Notes under the pieces: model-generated
The model's database searches: none
What the model was told of the DNA's origin: nothing
What the model saw: only the letters and a program-made list of their open reading frames with translations
Virus record (IMG/VR): IMGVR_UViG_3300048855_000028
Location: 1 to 27,108 of that record
DNA: 27,108 nt
Direction: 5' to 3' (one strand)
Source of the DNA: a virus
Taxonomy: Duplodnaviria > Caudoviricetes
Translations under genes and position numbers: made by a program
Part shown: positions 15,606 to 24,900 of the stretch, piece after piece
Layout: every line of letters starts with the position of its first letter
How positions within the stretch are numbered: the stretch's first letter is position 1

Positions 15606-16139
15606 ATGCCGGTCACGGTTGTCGTCGAAACGGGCAGCGGCGTCACTGGTGCCAACGCCTTTCTCAGTGTTGCAGATTGGAAGGCGTATGCCGACCAGCA
15701 GGGCTGGGATTACTCGACGGCAGAATACACCGAGGACCAGATCGGCTCGGCAATCGTCCGGGGGCGGGCATGGCTTGACGCCATGTACCGCTCCCGATGG
15801 CCGGGTTCCCGCGCCAACGGCCGCGAGCAGTCGACGGCCTGGCCGCGGAAAGACGCGACCGACGGCGACGGCGAAGTGATCGTCGACGACGAAATACCTG
15901 CCGAGGTGAAGGATGCATCTGCGGAGGCCGCGTGGCGCGAGCTGCAGGAGCCCGGCTCGCTCTCTCCAGATCTGGAGCGGGGCGGCGCGATCAAGTCGCT
16001 TAAGGCCGGCTCTGTCGAGATCACCTACGCGGATGGCGCTTCGTCGCTAACGGTGTACAGCGGCATTGCACAGATGCTCGACGGGCTGCTTACCACGTTG
16101 CCGGGCAATACCAGCGTTTCATGGCCGATGAGGGCCTGA
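15606..16139 (+). CDS. Head-tail adaptor (DnaT-like ssDNA-binding family)
   Basis: VVETGSGVTGANAFLSVAD..AY, Q..AWPR, IP.EVK.A..EAA, LKAGSVEITY. Confidence 0.85.
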   Translation: MPVTVVVETGSGVTGANAFLSVADWKAYADQQGWDYSTAEYTEDQIGSAIVRGRAWLDAMYRSRWPGSRANGREQSTAWPRKDATDGDGEVIVDDEIPAEVKDASAEAAWRELQEPGSLSPDLERGGAIKSLKAGSVEITYADGASSLTVYSGIAQMLDGLLTTLPGNTSVSWPMRA

Positions 16140-16140
16140 C

Positions 16141-16371
16141 CTAGCGGCGTCGGGCGGCCTTCACCTTCGGCGCTGCAACTACCTGACGAGCGGGATTCTG
16201 GTAGAACGTCACCACCCACTTAGTCGGACTTACTGCCGGAACGGCCACCACCGACCGTACCATGCCGGACACCATTTGGCCGTTGAGAGATATTGCTTTT
16301 CCCGTGTTGGCATACTGAGAATATTTTGCGCGGCGGGCCTCAAGCAGGTTGGTCACTTCGATGACAGGCAC
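16141..16371 (-). CDS. Hypothetical moron protein (76 aa)
   Basis: GGAGA SD before GTG 16371; antisense in the structural operon. Confidence 0.65.
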   Translation of the reverse strand: MPVIEVTNLLEARRAKYSQYANTGKAISLNGQMVSGMVRSVVAVPAVSPTKWVVTFYQNPARQVVAAPKVKAARRR

Positions 16372-16448
16372 GGCGATCTCCAAAGGCTACGGCCAAGCGA
16401 AGTTGCCCTTTTATGATTAATGAAACCTTTCTGACCCAGGCGACGGCG

Positions 16449-16712
16449 TTAAGTCTCGGCGGGCAGAAACTTGATGCCCGCCATCTGGCCGTTGCGCCAA
16501 ACGAGGCTCGCCGGACGAACTGGTCCGCTAGGGACAACTACGAGACCAAAGGCAGTCGGGAATTTGGCGCGGGTAGGAAAAATTAGACGCGCACCAGTTT
16601 TAGAGATGTCGACAAGCAGGCATTCGATGGCCTCGCCTTCGTTCGCTCTGACCCACGCATAGTTGTGACGCATCATCCTGCGTTCTGATCGTCTGTTTTT
16701 GTCCCTGAGCAT
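16449..16712 (-). CDS. Single-domain PilZ protein (putative c-di-GMP receptor)
   Basis: RxxxR (RRSERR), DxSxxG (DISKTG), C-terminal LVWR.G..AGIKF. Confidence 0.88.
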   Translation of the reverse strand: MLRDKNRRSERRMMRHNYAWVRANEGEAIECLLVDISKTGARLIFPTRAKFPTAFGLVVVPSGPVRPASLVWRNGQMAGIKFLPAET

Positions 16713-16733
16713 TCTTTAGCGTTCAGTAAAAAG

Positions 16734-16749
16734 GCTAAGGCCGCCTTAA
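16734..16749 (-). promoter_or_regulatory. CtrA-box-like TTAA-N7-TTAG upstream of the PilZ gene
   Basis: Minus strand TTAA-GGCGGCC-TTAGC, one mismatch to TTAA-N7-TTAAC, 22-37 nt upstream of the ATG. Confidence 0.55.
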
Positions 16750-16766
16750 AGATTGAAGGTTTGTTG

Positions 16767-17123
16767 ATGACCTCGCCTCTCTCTGGATCGCTGGCCCGCA
16801 CTATCGGGAAGGCAATGGCCCCGCTCTTCCTACCCGCGGTGCTAATCCGAGACGTTCCGCAGGTTGGCGGCGACCCGGCAGACCCGTTGCCGCCGCTGGC
16901 CGCGAACTTCCCCTGCCGGGCGATCGTCGAGGCCTACAGCCAATATTTCAAGGCGAACAACCTGGTCGCCGCTAACGAACGGAAGGTGCTGATCTTAGCC
17001 ACCTCGCTCGGCGTGAAGCCTGCCGCCGGCGACCGGGTGACGATACAGGGCATCACGTTCACGATCCAGGAGGTCAGTACCGACCCGGCAACCGCCGTGT
17101 GGGAATGCAAGGGGGCGATGTGA
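16767..17123 (+). CDS. Head closure/head-tail joining protein
   Basis: About 118 aa after the adaptor; RKVLILA.SL...P..GDRVTI.G.TFTI..V.TDPA.AVW. Confidence 0.8.
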   Translation: MTSPLSGSLARTIGKAMAPLFLPAVLIRDVPQVGGDPADPLPPLAANFPCRAIVEAYSQYFKANNLVAANERKVLILATSLGVKPAAGDRVTIQGITFTIQEVSTDPATAVWECKGAM

Positions 17124-17202
17124 TGGCTGGCGAGAATGTCGGCAGCCATCACGAGCGATCGGCCGTCCAACCCGGGAACCGCGACAAGCGTTCGGTCCCG
17201 CG

Positions 17203-17433
17203 TCAGCGCTCGTCTCGTGAGGGAATAGGTTGCTGGTTGCTTGGAGATTGTTCCTCGTCAAGATCAATGATTACCGCTTCGACCGCGGCGATTGCCGACT
17301 GAGTGGCGGCGATCTCGGAGATTGTCTTCGGGCTAATCGGCCCGCGGTGCCCGCGTAACGACATTGTAAGATCCCGACGCTGCTCTTTCAGCGCGATGAC
17401 AGGGAGTCCGTGATCTATTTCGTCGTGGGCCAT
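17203..17433 (-). CDS. Hypothetical moron protein (76 aa)
   Basis: GGAGA SD before ATG 17433; helical sequence; AT-rich upstream region. Confidence 0.65.
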   Translation of the reverse strand: MAHDEIDHGLPVIALKEQRRDLTMSLRGHRGPISPKTISEIAATQSAIAAVEAVIIDLDEEQSPSNQQPIPSRDER

Positions 17434-17553
17434 GATGATCTCCAATCAGGTATCGAGATTAAGTGAGATTCCTTCATGTCGTTCGTACTTACCTCACAAA
17501 ACGTGAAGCGGATGCACTGTCCCCGCCTTCGTGGTTAACGGTGCGTTCCTAAC

Positions 17554-17706
17554 GTCACTTCTCTGCGGGGCCTCGCCCGCACCGTTGGCTCCTTGTCTAC
17601 CTCTAGGACCAAGGTTACGATCCGCGGCATAACTTTCACACTAAGCGACGGGATCGAGATCGAACCGGCCGAAGTTGTGTGGGTTTGTAAAGGAAAGATC
17701 GGCTGA
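17554..17706 (+). pseudogene. Degenerate, internally deleted second copy of the head-closure gene
   Basis: TSLRGLARTVG...KVTIRGITFTLSDGIEIEPAEVVWVCKG* versus TSPLSGSLARTIG...RVTIQGITFTIQEVSTDPATAVWECKG; no ATG after the in-frame stop at 17536. Confidence 0.75.
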
Positions 17707-17860
17707 TGGCACCGCTCGTATTCTTTCTGCATCTGCTGTCCGTGCAGCATCCGTCGGCCGTGCTGCCCAATGTCGCTCAAATAGCGGCGCCGGGGTCGGA
17801 CATCGGCAATCGCCGCGCCCGCCGGCGTGTTGCGCGCTTCGCCCGACGGAATGGTGCGTG

Positions 17861-18109
17861 ATGCCGGCCGAAGTCGTCCAGCTTCACGAATCCAATTTCC
17901 GTGATCCTGTCGCGACATTGCGCAAGATCGCTGACGAGATCGAAGCCGGCCAGTACGGCGAGGTCGGGTGTGTCAGTGTTGCCTTGCTCGGCGACACGAT
18001 GGAAGTGTTCGGAGCAGGTGTGGATAGCGAAGCACCATCGGTCGCGATGCTTCTGCACGCTGGTTTTATGCGATTGGCTGGCAGCCTAGAGCGACACGGG
18101 AGAGACTGA
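17861..18109 (+). CDS. Hypothetical phage protein
   Basis: D..ATLRKIADEIEAG.YG pattern; TGATG coupling to the next gene. Confidence 0.7.
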   Translation: MPAEVVQLHESNFRDPVATLRKIADEIEAGQYGEVGCVSVALLGDTMEVFGAGVDSEAPSVAMLLHAGFMRLAGSLERHGRD

Positions 18110-18309
18110 TGCAAGTCGTCGCCATCTCCCGTTCCGAAGCTGCCGCAGTTCTCGATGATGGCTCGGTCTGTCCGTTTTCCAACATGTTCGACATGGATGG
18201 CGACGAAACGGACGATATCGCGGAGGCGGTTTGTGCCGTTGTCCCACTCCCTGACGGGACGTGGGAGGCCGTCGACTTCGGCGAGTTCGATCCGGTTGCG
18301 ATACACTGA
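18109..18309 (+). CDS. Hypothetical acidic phage protein
   Basis: GGAG SD; coupled on both sides. Confidence 0.7.
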   Translation: MQVVAISRSEAAAVLDDGSVCPFSNMFDMDGDETDDIAEAVCAVVPLPDGTWEAVDFGEFDPVAIH

Positions 18310-19322
18310 TGGCCGTCTCCCGCGCCTACATCGAGGCGCTGATCGCCAAGCTCGAGCCGTTGCTGCGCAAAGCGTTTGCTGAGGCGGTAAACGACTGGCG
18401 CAACAACGTCGATCTCGACGCCCTTGCAAAGGCGCTGGAGGCGGGTGACGTGGAAGAGGCGGTTCGTGCCGCCAATATCCAACCGGCAGCCCTGAACGGC
18501 CTGACGCGCCAGATTGAGACTGCATTCGAGCAAGCCGGGTCGGCCGAGATGACCGGGCTACGCATTCAGGTGATCTTTAACGCCCGGGATTTGCGGGCCG
18601 AGGAGCAATTGAGGACCGCGGCCGCTACGTTGGTCGGGGGCGTGACGGATGACACCCGGGCCATGCTGCGCACGGTGCTCACAGACAGCCTTGCCAAGGG
18701 GCAGGGCGGACGTGCAGCGGCATTGGACATTGTCGGGCGCAACGTCAACGGCGTGCGCCGGGGCGGCTACATCGGCCTCACAGACGCGCATGCAAAGGCA
18801 GCGCTGAACTTCGAGGCCATGCTTGCGGATCCGGCCAAACTGAAGGCAGCATTCAGCAATGCCGATCGCGACAGATGGCCGTTCGCTCTGAGGGACGGGC
18901 GGCTCGACGGGCAGATCGCCAAGGCCATCAAGGAAGGCCGGGCTCTCACGCCGGACCAGATCAAGACGGCGGTGACGACCTACAAGAACCGGGCGCTGCG
19001 CTGGCGTGGCGAGAACATCGCCCGCACCGAAACGCTCCGAGCGGTCAACGCCGGGCGCCATGAGGCCTATCAGCAGGCCGTGGCATCCGGGAAGGTGGCA
19101 GAGCAGAACATCCGCCGGGTCTGGAATGCGGCGAATGACAAGCGAACCCGGGACACGCACCGGTCGATGAGCGGCCAGAGCGTAGGACTGAACGAGAGTT
19201 TCATTTCGCCTTCGGGTGCAAGGCTCCGGTATCCCTGCGATCCGCTGGCACCGCTGAGCGAGACCGCGCAATGCCGGTGCAACGTCACGATCCGGATTGA
19301 CCACCTCGCAAACCTGCGGTGA
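18309..19322 (+). CDS. Head morphogenesis/minor head protein (SPP1 gp7, Mu gpF family)
   Basis: IARTET, W.A..DKRTRDTH..M.GQ, LRYP.DP, QCRC. Confidence 0.9.
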   Translation: MAVSRAYIEALIAKLEPLLRKAFAEAVNDWRNNVDLDALAKALEAGDVEEAVRAANIQPAALNGLTRQIETAFEQAGSAEMTGLRIQVIFNARDLRAEEQLRTAAATLVGGVTDDTRAMLRTVLTDSLAKGQGGRAAALDIVGRNVNGVRRGGYIGLTDAHAKAALNFEAMLADPAKLKAAFSNADRDRWPFALRDGRLDGQIAKAIKEGRALTPDQIKTAVTTYKNRALRWRGENIARTETLRAVNAGRHEAYQQAVASGKVAEQNIRRVWNAANDKRTRDTHRSMSGQSVGLNESFISPSGARLRYPCDPLAPLSETAQCRCNVTIRIDHLANLR

Positions 19323-19325
19323 CCG

Positions 19326-19775
19326 ATGGCCGTCAACAACCTCAATTTCGGCAGCCAGGTCGACGCATGGTGCCATGAGGCGGAAGCCCGCATGGTCGCT
19401 GTTCGCAACACGGCGACGGAAGACGTCACGGACCTGATGCGGGAATACACCCCGATTGACCTCGGCTTCCTTGCCGGCACTATTCAGGGCTCGCTGAACG
19501 CGCCCACGCCGATCGACCCGTCAGCGACGAACGCCAAGAACGCTCACATCGCAAAAGACGCCAGCGCGGGCGAGATATCGCTCACCATCACGTCGGCTAA
19601 GCTGACGGACACCATCTACGTGTGCTTCACGATTGGCTATGCCGGGTTTGTCGAATACGGCACATCGAAGATGGAGCCCCGCGCCATGGTTCGGCGGGCT
19701 GCAGCGCAGTGGCCGCGCCTCGTCGAGTCCGCAGTTACTCGCGCGAAGGCCCGCGTCGCGCAGGCTGGTCGATAA
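19326..19775 (+). CDS. HK97 gp10-like tail completion protein
   Basis: TPIDLGFL, YAGFVEYGTSKMEPRAMVR. Confidence 0.85.
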   Translation: MAVNNLNFGSQVDAWCHEAEARMVAVRNTATEDVTDLMREYTPIDLGFLAGTIQGSLNAPTPIDPSATNAKNAHIAKDASAGEISLTITSAKLTDTIYVCFTIGYAGFVEYGTSKMEPRAMVRRAAAQWPRLVESAVTRAKARVAQAGR

Positions 19776-19962
19776 CGGTTTCGACCACGTCGGAATTCTT
19801 CTCGGCGGCCATAAGCAGGCCGATCTGCATCAACGACAGCGCGTGACGGGCGGCACCGAGCGCGGTGTTCCCGCGGACTGTCTCCGCCTTGGCCTCGCCA
19901 ATGACATTGAGCGCCTCGCCTAAGAGGTCACCAACCTGGTTATCGGAAAGCGGTTTCGTCAA
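19735..19962 (-). CDS. Hypothetical helical protein, antisense (start uncertain)
   Basis: Occupies a 186-nt sense-strand gap; amphipathic helices LSDNQVGDLLGEALNVIG...LGAARHALSLMQIGLL. Confidence 0.55.
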   Translation of the reverse strand: MTKPLSDNQVGDLLGEALNVIGEAKAETVRGNTALGAARHALSLMQIGLLMAAEKNSDVVETVIDQPARRGPSRE

Positions 19963-20450
19963 TGGCTGATCCGATTGAGGTTGCGATTCAGAAAGCCCTG
20001 ACCGACAGGGCCGGTGCATTTGTAACAGCCTGGAACGCGGCAAATCCAGTCGTTCCGCCGAATCTGCTGACAATTTCGTACCCGAACATTGCGTTCACCT
20101 CGCCTGCGGCATCCACGAAGGTGGGCACCGCCACTGTGTATGGCCGATGGTTACAGGCCTCCGTCCTGCCGGCGCCCACATTCGCTCGTGGCGTAGCCTA
20201 CGACGCCTCCAACCAGCACAACGGCATCTTCCAGCTGTCAGTTTTCGTCGGGGCGGGGGCAGGAGAGCCGACGCCCAAGCGGATCGCCGGCGCCGTCGCT
20301 GAGCACTTCAAGCGCGGGACCGTGCTTCGGGCCAACGGCCTGCCGGTCACCGTCTACGACACGCCCACCATCGCAGCGGGATTCAAGGACGACATTTGGT
20401 GGGTCGTGCCTGTGTCCATCCCATTCAAGTGTTTCGCCCCAAGCCCGTAA
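19962..20450 (+). CDS. Tail terminator-like protein (DUF4128-type)
   Basis: ISYPNIAFT.P, GIFQLSVF, A.AVAEHFKRGT, W.VPVSI.F; position before the tail tube. Confidence 0.85.
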   Translation: MADPIEVAIQKALTDRAGAFVTAWNAANPVVPPNLLTISYPNIAFTSPAASTKVGTATVYGRWLQASVLPAPTFARGVAYDASNQHNGIFQLSVFVGAGAGEPTPKRIAGAVAEHFKRGTVLRANGLPVTVYDTPTIAAGFKDDIWWVVPVSIPFKCFAPSP

Positions 20451-20462
20451 CAGGAGAAGACA

Positions 20463-20693
20463 ATGCCGAACTACAAGAACCAGACCACGCAGACCCTCAA
20501 CGTCTCCACGAAGGACGGCAAGGGCGATTCCATCAAGAGCGGCGAAGTAAAGTCGCTCAACCTGGATGACAGCAAGGCGAACGCAGGCCTGCTGCACGCC
20601 GGCGCGCTGCACGAGACCAAGGCATCCGTTCCGGCCAGCCCCGAGCGTCACCCCGTCAAGCAGGTTGCCGAACCCGCCCAGCCCAAGACCTGA
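20463..20693 (+). CDS. Hypothetical 76-aa protein
   Basis: AGGAG SD; phage-like codon usage. Confidence 0.75.
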   Translation: MPNYKNQTTQTLNVSTKDGKGDSIKSGEVKSLNLDDSKANAGLLHAGALHETKASVPASPERHPVKQVAEPAQPKT

Positions 20694-20727
20694 TCGAACC
20701 CTCATCCCTTCATAGGAGACCACGACA

Positions 20728-21210
20728 ATGGCAGTTACCACCACCTCCGGCACGAAAGTCTGGATCGGCCCCGTCACTTCGAACATCACTGACACCGCCG
20801 CCGAATACATTGCTCTGACGCCCTACGTGCTGATTGGCGAAGTCGAGAGCTACGGCGACTTCGGCGACAGCGCTTCGGACGTCACGTTTACTTCGGTCGG
20901 CGATGCCCGTGTGCGGCATTTCAAGGGCGCCCGCGACGCCGGCACGCTGTCACTGACAATCGGCCGCGATCCCGTCGACGCCGGCCAGATCGCTCTCAAG
21001 GCGGCCGAGCTGACGAAGTTCGAATACGCGATCAAGATCGAAGCGGCCGACGCCCCCGACGCCGATTCCACAAACACGGTCTACTATTTCCGGGGTCTCG
21101 TCCGCACTGCCAAGTCGTCCTACGGGACGAACGATAACGTCGTGAAGATCATGGCCGAGATCGGCATCAACAGCCCGATCCTGGAAATCCCGCCGGCTGA
21201 AATCGTCTAA
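20728..21210 (+). CDS. Major tail tube protein
   Basis: AGGAG SD; IGEVESYGDFGD...VTF......KGARDAG.L.L....D..D.GQ..L..A. Confidence 0.9.
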   Translation: MAVTTTSGTKVWIGPVTSNITDTAAEYIALTPYVLIGEVESYGDFGDSASDVTFTSVGDARVRHFKGARDAGTLSLTIGRDPVDAGQIALKAAELTKFEYAIKIEAADAPDADSTNTVYYFRGLVRTAKSSYGTNDNVVKIMAEIGINSPILEIPPAEIV

Positions 21211-21271
21211 GCCAGCAACCCTTCAACATCACGGGCCGTAGAACCTGCGGCTCTCCCACCAAGGAGCGACA

Positions 21272-21658
21272 ATGTCGATCGACGTCACCACCATCGTAAG
21301 CACCGCGCCCGCTCAGGAAGAGGGCATCGAGGTGAAGATCCGCAGCGAAGACGGCGAGGAAACCGGAGCTGTCATCCGCGTTGCTGGCCCGGACTCCAAG
21401 CGGGTCAAGAAGGCCCGTGCGCACCTAATCCAGGAGCGTTCGGACATGCGCATCCGCACGACGACCGGGCCGCGGATGGATTACGAGCAGCGCTACATGG
21501 CGGCCGCGGCGTGCATCTCGTGGATTGGCTTTATGGCCGGCGCCAACGAGTACGAATGCACCGTGCCAAACGCCGTCAAGCTGTTCGAGGCCAAGCCGGA
21601 CTACCAGGAGCAGGTGGAGGCGGCATCGGGTAACCGGGCGCTTTTTACGAAGAAGTAA
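21272..21658 (+). CDS. Tail assembly chaperone (G-like)
   Basis: AAGGAG SD; IRVAGPDS, ends NRALF; between tube and tape measure. Confidence 0.85.
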   Translation: MSIDVTTIVSTAPAQEEGIEVKIRSEDGEETGAVIRVAGPDSKRVKKARAHLIQERSDMRIRTTTGPRMDYEQRYMAAAACISWIGFMAGANEYECTVPNAVKLFEAKPDYQEQVEAASGNRALFTKK

Positions 21659-21975
21659 CTGACGCTCTCGTCTATGCGCTCAAGGAGAGCATGGGCAAAC
21701 GGTTCCCGGCCATTCCAGCGGCCGGCGAGCTTGTCTGGGAATGGTTCATGGACCTCGACGCCGGGCGGCAGTCGGGGATGCAAGCCAATCCGATCTCTTG
21801 GTCGGAAATCAAAGCGTGGCAGGAACTGACGGGGCATTCCCCGTCGGGATGGCAGCTTTCCGCCATTCGTGCCATGGACAACGCCCGCCTTGAATGGCTG
21901 GCGAAGCCCACCAATGAAGCGCCCGCATCCGGGCTCGGCACTGAACTTTCAGCCCGATCAAAACGAGCAACTTAG
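21640..21975 (+). CDS. Tail assembly chaperone extension (T-like), probably reached by -1 frameshift
   Basis: -1 frame opens at 21634, just before GCTTTTT (21640-21646); W.WF.DL...R..G...NPISWSEI.AW..LTG......AI..MD. Confidence 0.8.
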   Translation, partial: AFYEEVTDALVYALKESMGKRFPAIPAAGELVWEWFMDLDAGRQSGMQANPISWSEIKAWQELTGHSPSGWQLSAIRAMDNARLEWLAKPTNEAPASGLGTELSARSKRAT

Positions 21976-21987
21976 GGAGGAGACGAT

Positions 21988-24900
21988 ATGGCTATCGACG
22001 TCGGCCCCGCCCTTGGTTTTTCGGTCGATTCCGCCCCGCTCAAGGAAGCGAAGCGGGACATGGAAGCGATGGTGCCGGCCGCTGAGAAAGCGGGCACGGC
22101 ATCAGAGCGATTCCGGCTGCAGCACCAGCGAACCATGGACCAGATGATGCTGATGCAGCGCACGCTGCAGGCATCGCTGGACGTTCAGCGCCTCATGGCT
22201 TCGTCGCTAGACAGCATGGCCACGTCGAGCACGCGGGTCGGCCAGAGCTTCGACCGGCTGATCGCCAAATATGACCCGCTTACCGCGGCCGGGTTGCGCT
22301 ACAGCAACGCCTTGTCAGAGATCGATAAGGCCCAGAAAGCCGGCGCGCTTTCTGCCGAGGTTGCGGCGCGTGCCCGTCAGCAGGAGCTCGGATCCTACAA
22401 CAACCAGATCACGGCCATCGAAAGGCTTGCGGCCACCCAAAAGATGGCTGCGCAGGCGATGGTCAATAAGCAGACCGTTTCCCCGGATCGCGGATCCGAC
22501 ATTGCTGCCTATGCGACGGAACTGGACCGCTTGCGCGCAAAATTCAATCCGCTGTTCGCCGCGGAGAAAGAGCACGCCGCACTGCTCGAAGAGATCAATC
22601 AGGCGGCCAAGGTTGGGGCTATCACCGAGGCGGAGCGTGGATCGGCCATCACCACGGCCACGGCTGCCTACACCAAGCATGTCCAGGCTCTCGGCGGCGT
22701 GGCTGCGGCCAACGACAACGCCACCAAGAAGACTGGCTTGGCTCGTCATGAGTTGATCAATCTGTCACGGCAGGCACAGGACGTCGCTGTGTCACTGCAG
22801 GGAGGGCAAGGCTTCGGCACTGTGATGCTGCAGCAAGGCTCGCAGATCGTCGACATCTTTATGAGCATGAAGGGGTCGCTGGGCGGGTTCTTCTCGCAGG
22901 CTGCGGGCTGGGCTGCCACTTTCGCCACGTCGATGCTGGGGGCCTTCACGGTCGTCGGCGCCGTGGTCGTCGCGGGTGTTGCGTCCCTTATCAGCTACCG
23001 CAATGCGCAAGAGGCAATCCAGCTCTCGTTGATGGGCATTGGTCGTGCGTCTGGTGTCACCGCGCAGCAGTTGAACGATGTCGGCAAGGCCGCGTCCAGT
23101 CTCACGGGCCTTTCCACCTCGGAAGCGACAGAATTTGCCAGCGCCTTGGCCGCGACCGGCCGCGTCGCGAAGGAATCACTGCTGCCTGCCACACAGATTG
23201 GCAAGAACCTCGCCAAGGTGCTCGGCACCGACGTTGCGACCGCCGCTGGCGTCATGGGGCAGGCGCTCACGGGGAACCTAGATCCAATCAATGCGCGCCT
23301 CGGCGCCTTCAGCGTTGCGTCTCAGGAGCAGATCAAGCTGCTCATGTCGCAGAATCGGGAGGCCGAAGCCCAAGCAATCATCATTCGTAAGGTGGCCGAA
23401 GCCACTGCTGCCGCGTCTGAAGCGACCAGCGGGTGGTCCAGGTCTTGGACTGCCCTTGGCAACGCTGCATCGAACGCATGGCGAGCGCTTGGCAAAGGAG
23501 TAGACCAGCTCACGGGTAACGCCTCGCTCGATGATCAGTACAAAGGTGCCGTTTCCGAGCTCGAAAAACTGATCAAGAAGCGGGATGAACTGGCGAAGCA
23601 GGATCGGTCGTGGATGACCGATGATCAGCGCGCGCGGGTGAATTCGACCTATCGGCTGATGTCGGGCGTGCCAGCGGACGACAAGAACAAAGCCGACCTC
23701 GCGATTATCAACGACCTCATCTCGAAGGGCGAGACGAACACCAAGAAACTCAAGGATGCTATGGATGCAGTCAAGGCATCCACTGATGCCGTTAAAGCCA
23801 ACATGCAATCGGTTGCCGACGCTGCGACCCGCGCTGCTCTTTTGCCTGAGATCGCCGCTCGGCAGGCCCTGGCGAACCAGTCGGCCAATGCCACGGCGAT
23901 TGCGCAGAGCCCCGTCCGGCAGTCGGCGATCGGCATCACCCAGGCCGAAGCGGATGAGCAGGTCAAACGCGCCAAAGGCGTCGAGACCGGCTACCAGACA
24001 GCGGCGCAGAAGATTGCCGAAGGCTTCGAGATCGCGAACAAGGCAATCACAGCATTCAGCCCGAAGCAGAAGGCCGAGATCGCTCAGCTGGAGACGGCCG
24101 CTCGTCTCCGCGACGATCCAACCATGTCCCCCGAGGATAAGCGCCGGGCCTCGCAGGAGGCTTACAACAACGCTTTGAAACAGGGCAACGTCGCGCTTTC
24201 GGAAGCCGCCCGTGCCCGCGCTCTGTCCGCTCAACAGGCCGTCGACAGTTCCAAGCTTGAAGTCGATATGGTCGGGAAGTCGATCGGCCAGCAGACCGAA
24301 ATGCGCGCTAATTTGCAGGCGTATCAGGCGTTGCAGCAGCAGGCCTCGCAGCAGCGCACTGGCTTCGACAACGCTGAATATGAGCGATTGAAGCTGAAGA
24401 ACGCCGAACTCGGCAAGACTGTGCAGCTGCTGGCTCTGACCCAAATCCGCGATCAGATAAAGGAAGATCGCCAGACGGTTGGTTTTTCGCAGGAAGACCT
24501 GCAGATCGCTCAGGCGTTGAAGCAGGCATATCCCGACATTACCGAGCGGATGAATTCGGCGGAAGCTGCTCAGATCCGTGTGAATAACGCGCTCCACGCC
24601 ATGGCCGATGCTCAGCGCGACGCATTCTCAGACTTCCTGCAGAACATGCGCTCTGGCAAAACGGTGATGGAGAGCTTGACGTCTGCGCTGGGCGGGTTTG
24701 CTGACAAGCTCGCGAAGATCGGCGGCGATAAGCTGTTTGAGGGCCTAAAGTCCGGTAATCTGTTCAGCGGACTCACCGCAGCGAACGACAATTCGAAAAA
24801 TGGGATAGTCGAGGGCTTTGACGCCATACAGAAGCAGGCCGCGCTCGCCAAGCAGAACACTTTTCAATTCAATGGCGGGGCGGCAATGGCCGGTATTGCC

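Noticed and set aside
17533-17540. GTTAAC CtrA-like half-site upstream of the 17433 moron
   Set aside because: No correctly spaced partner half-site
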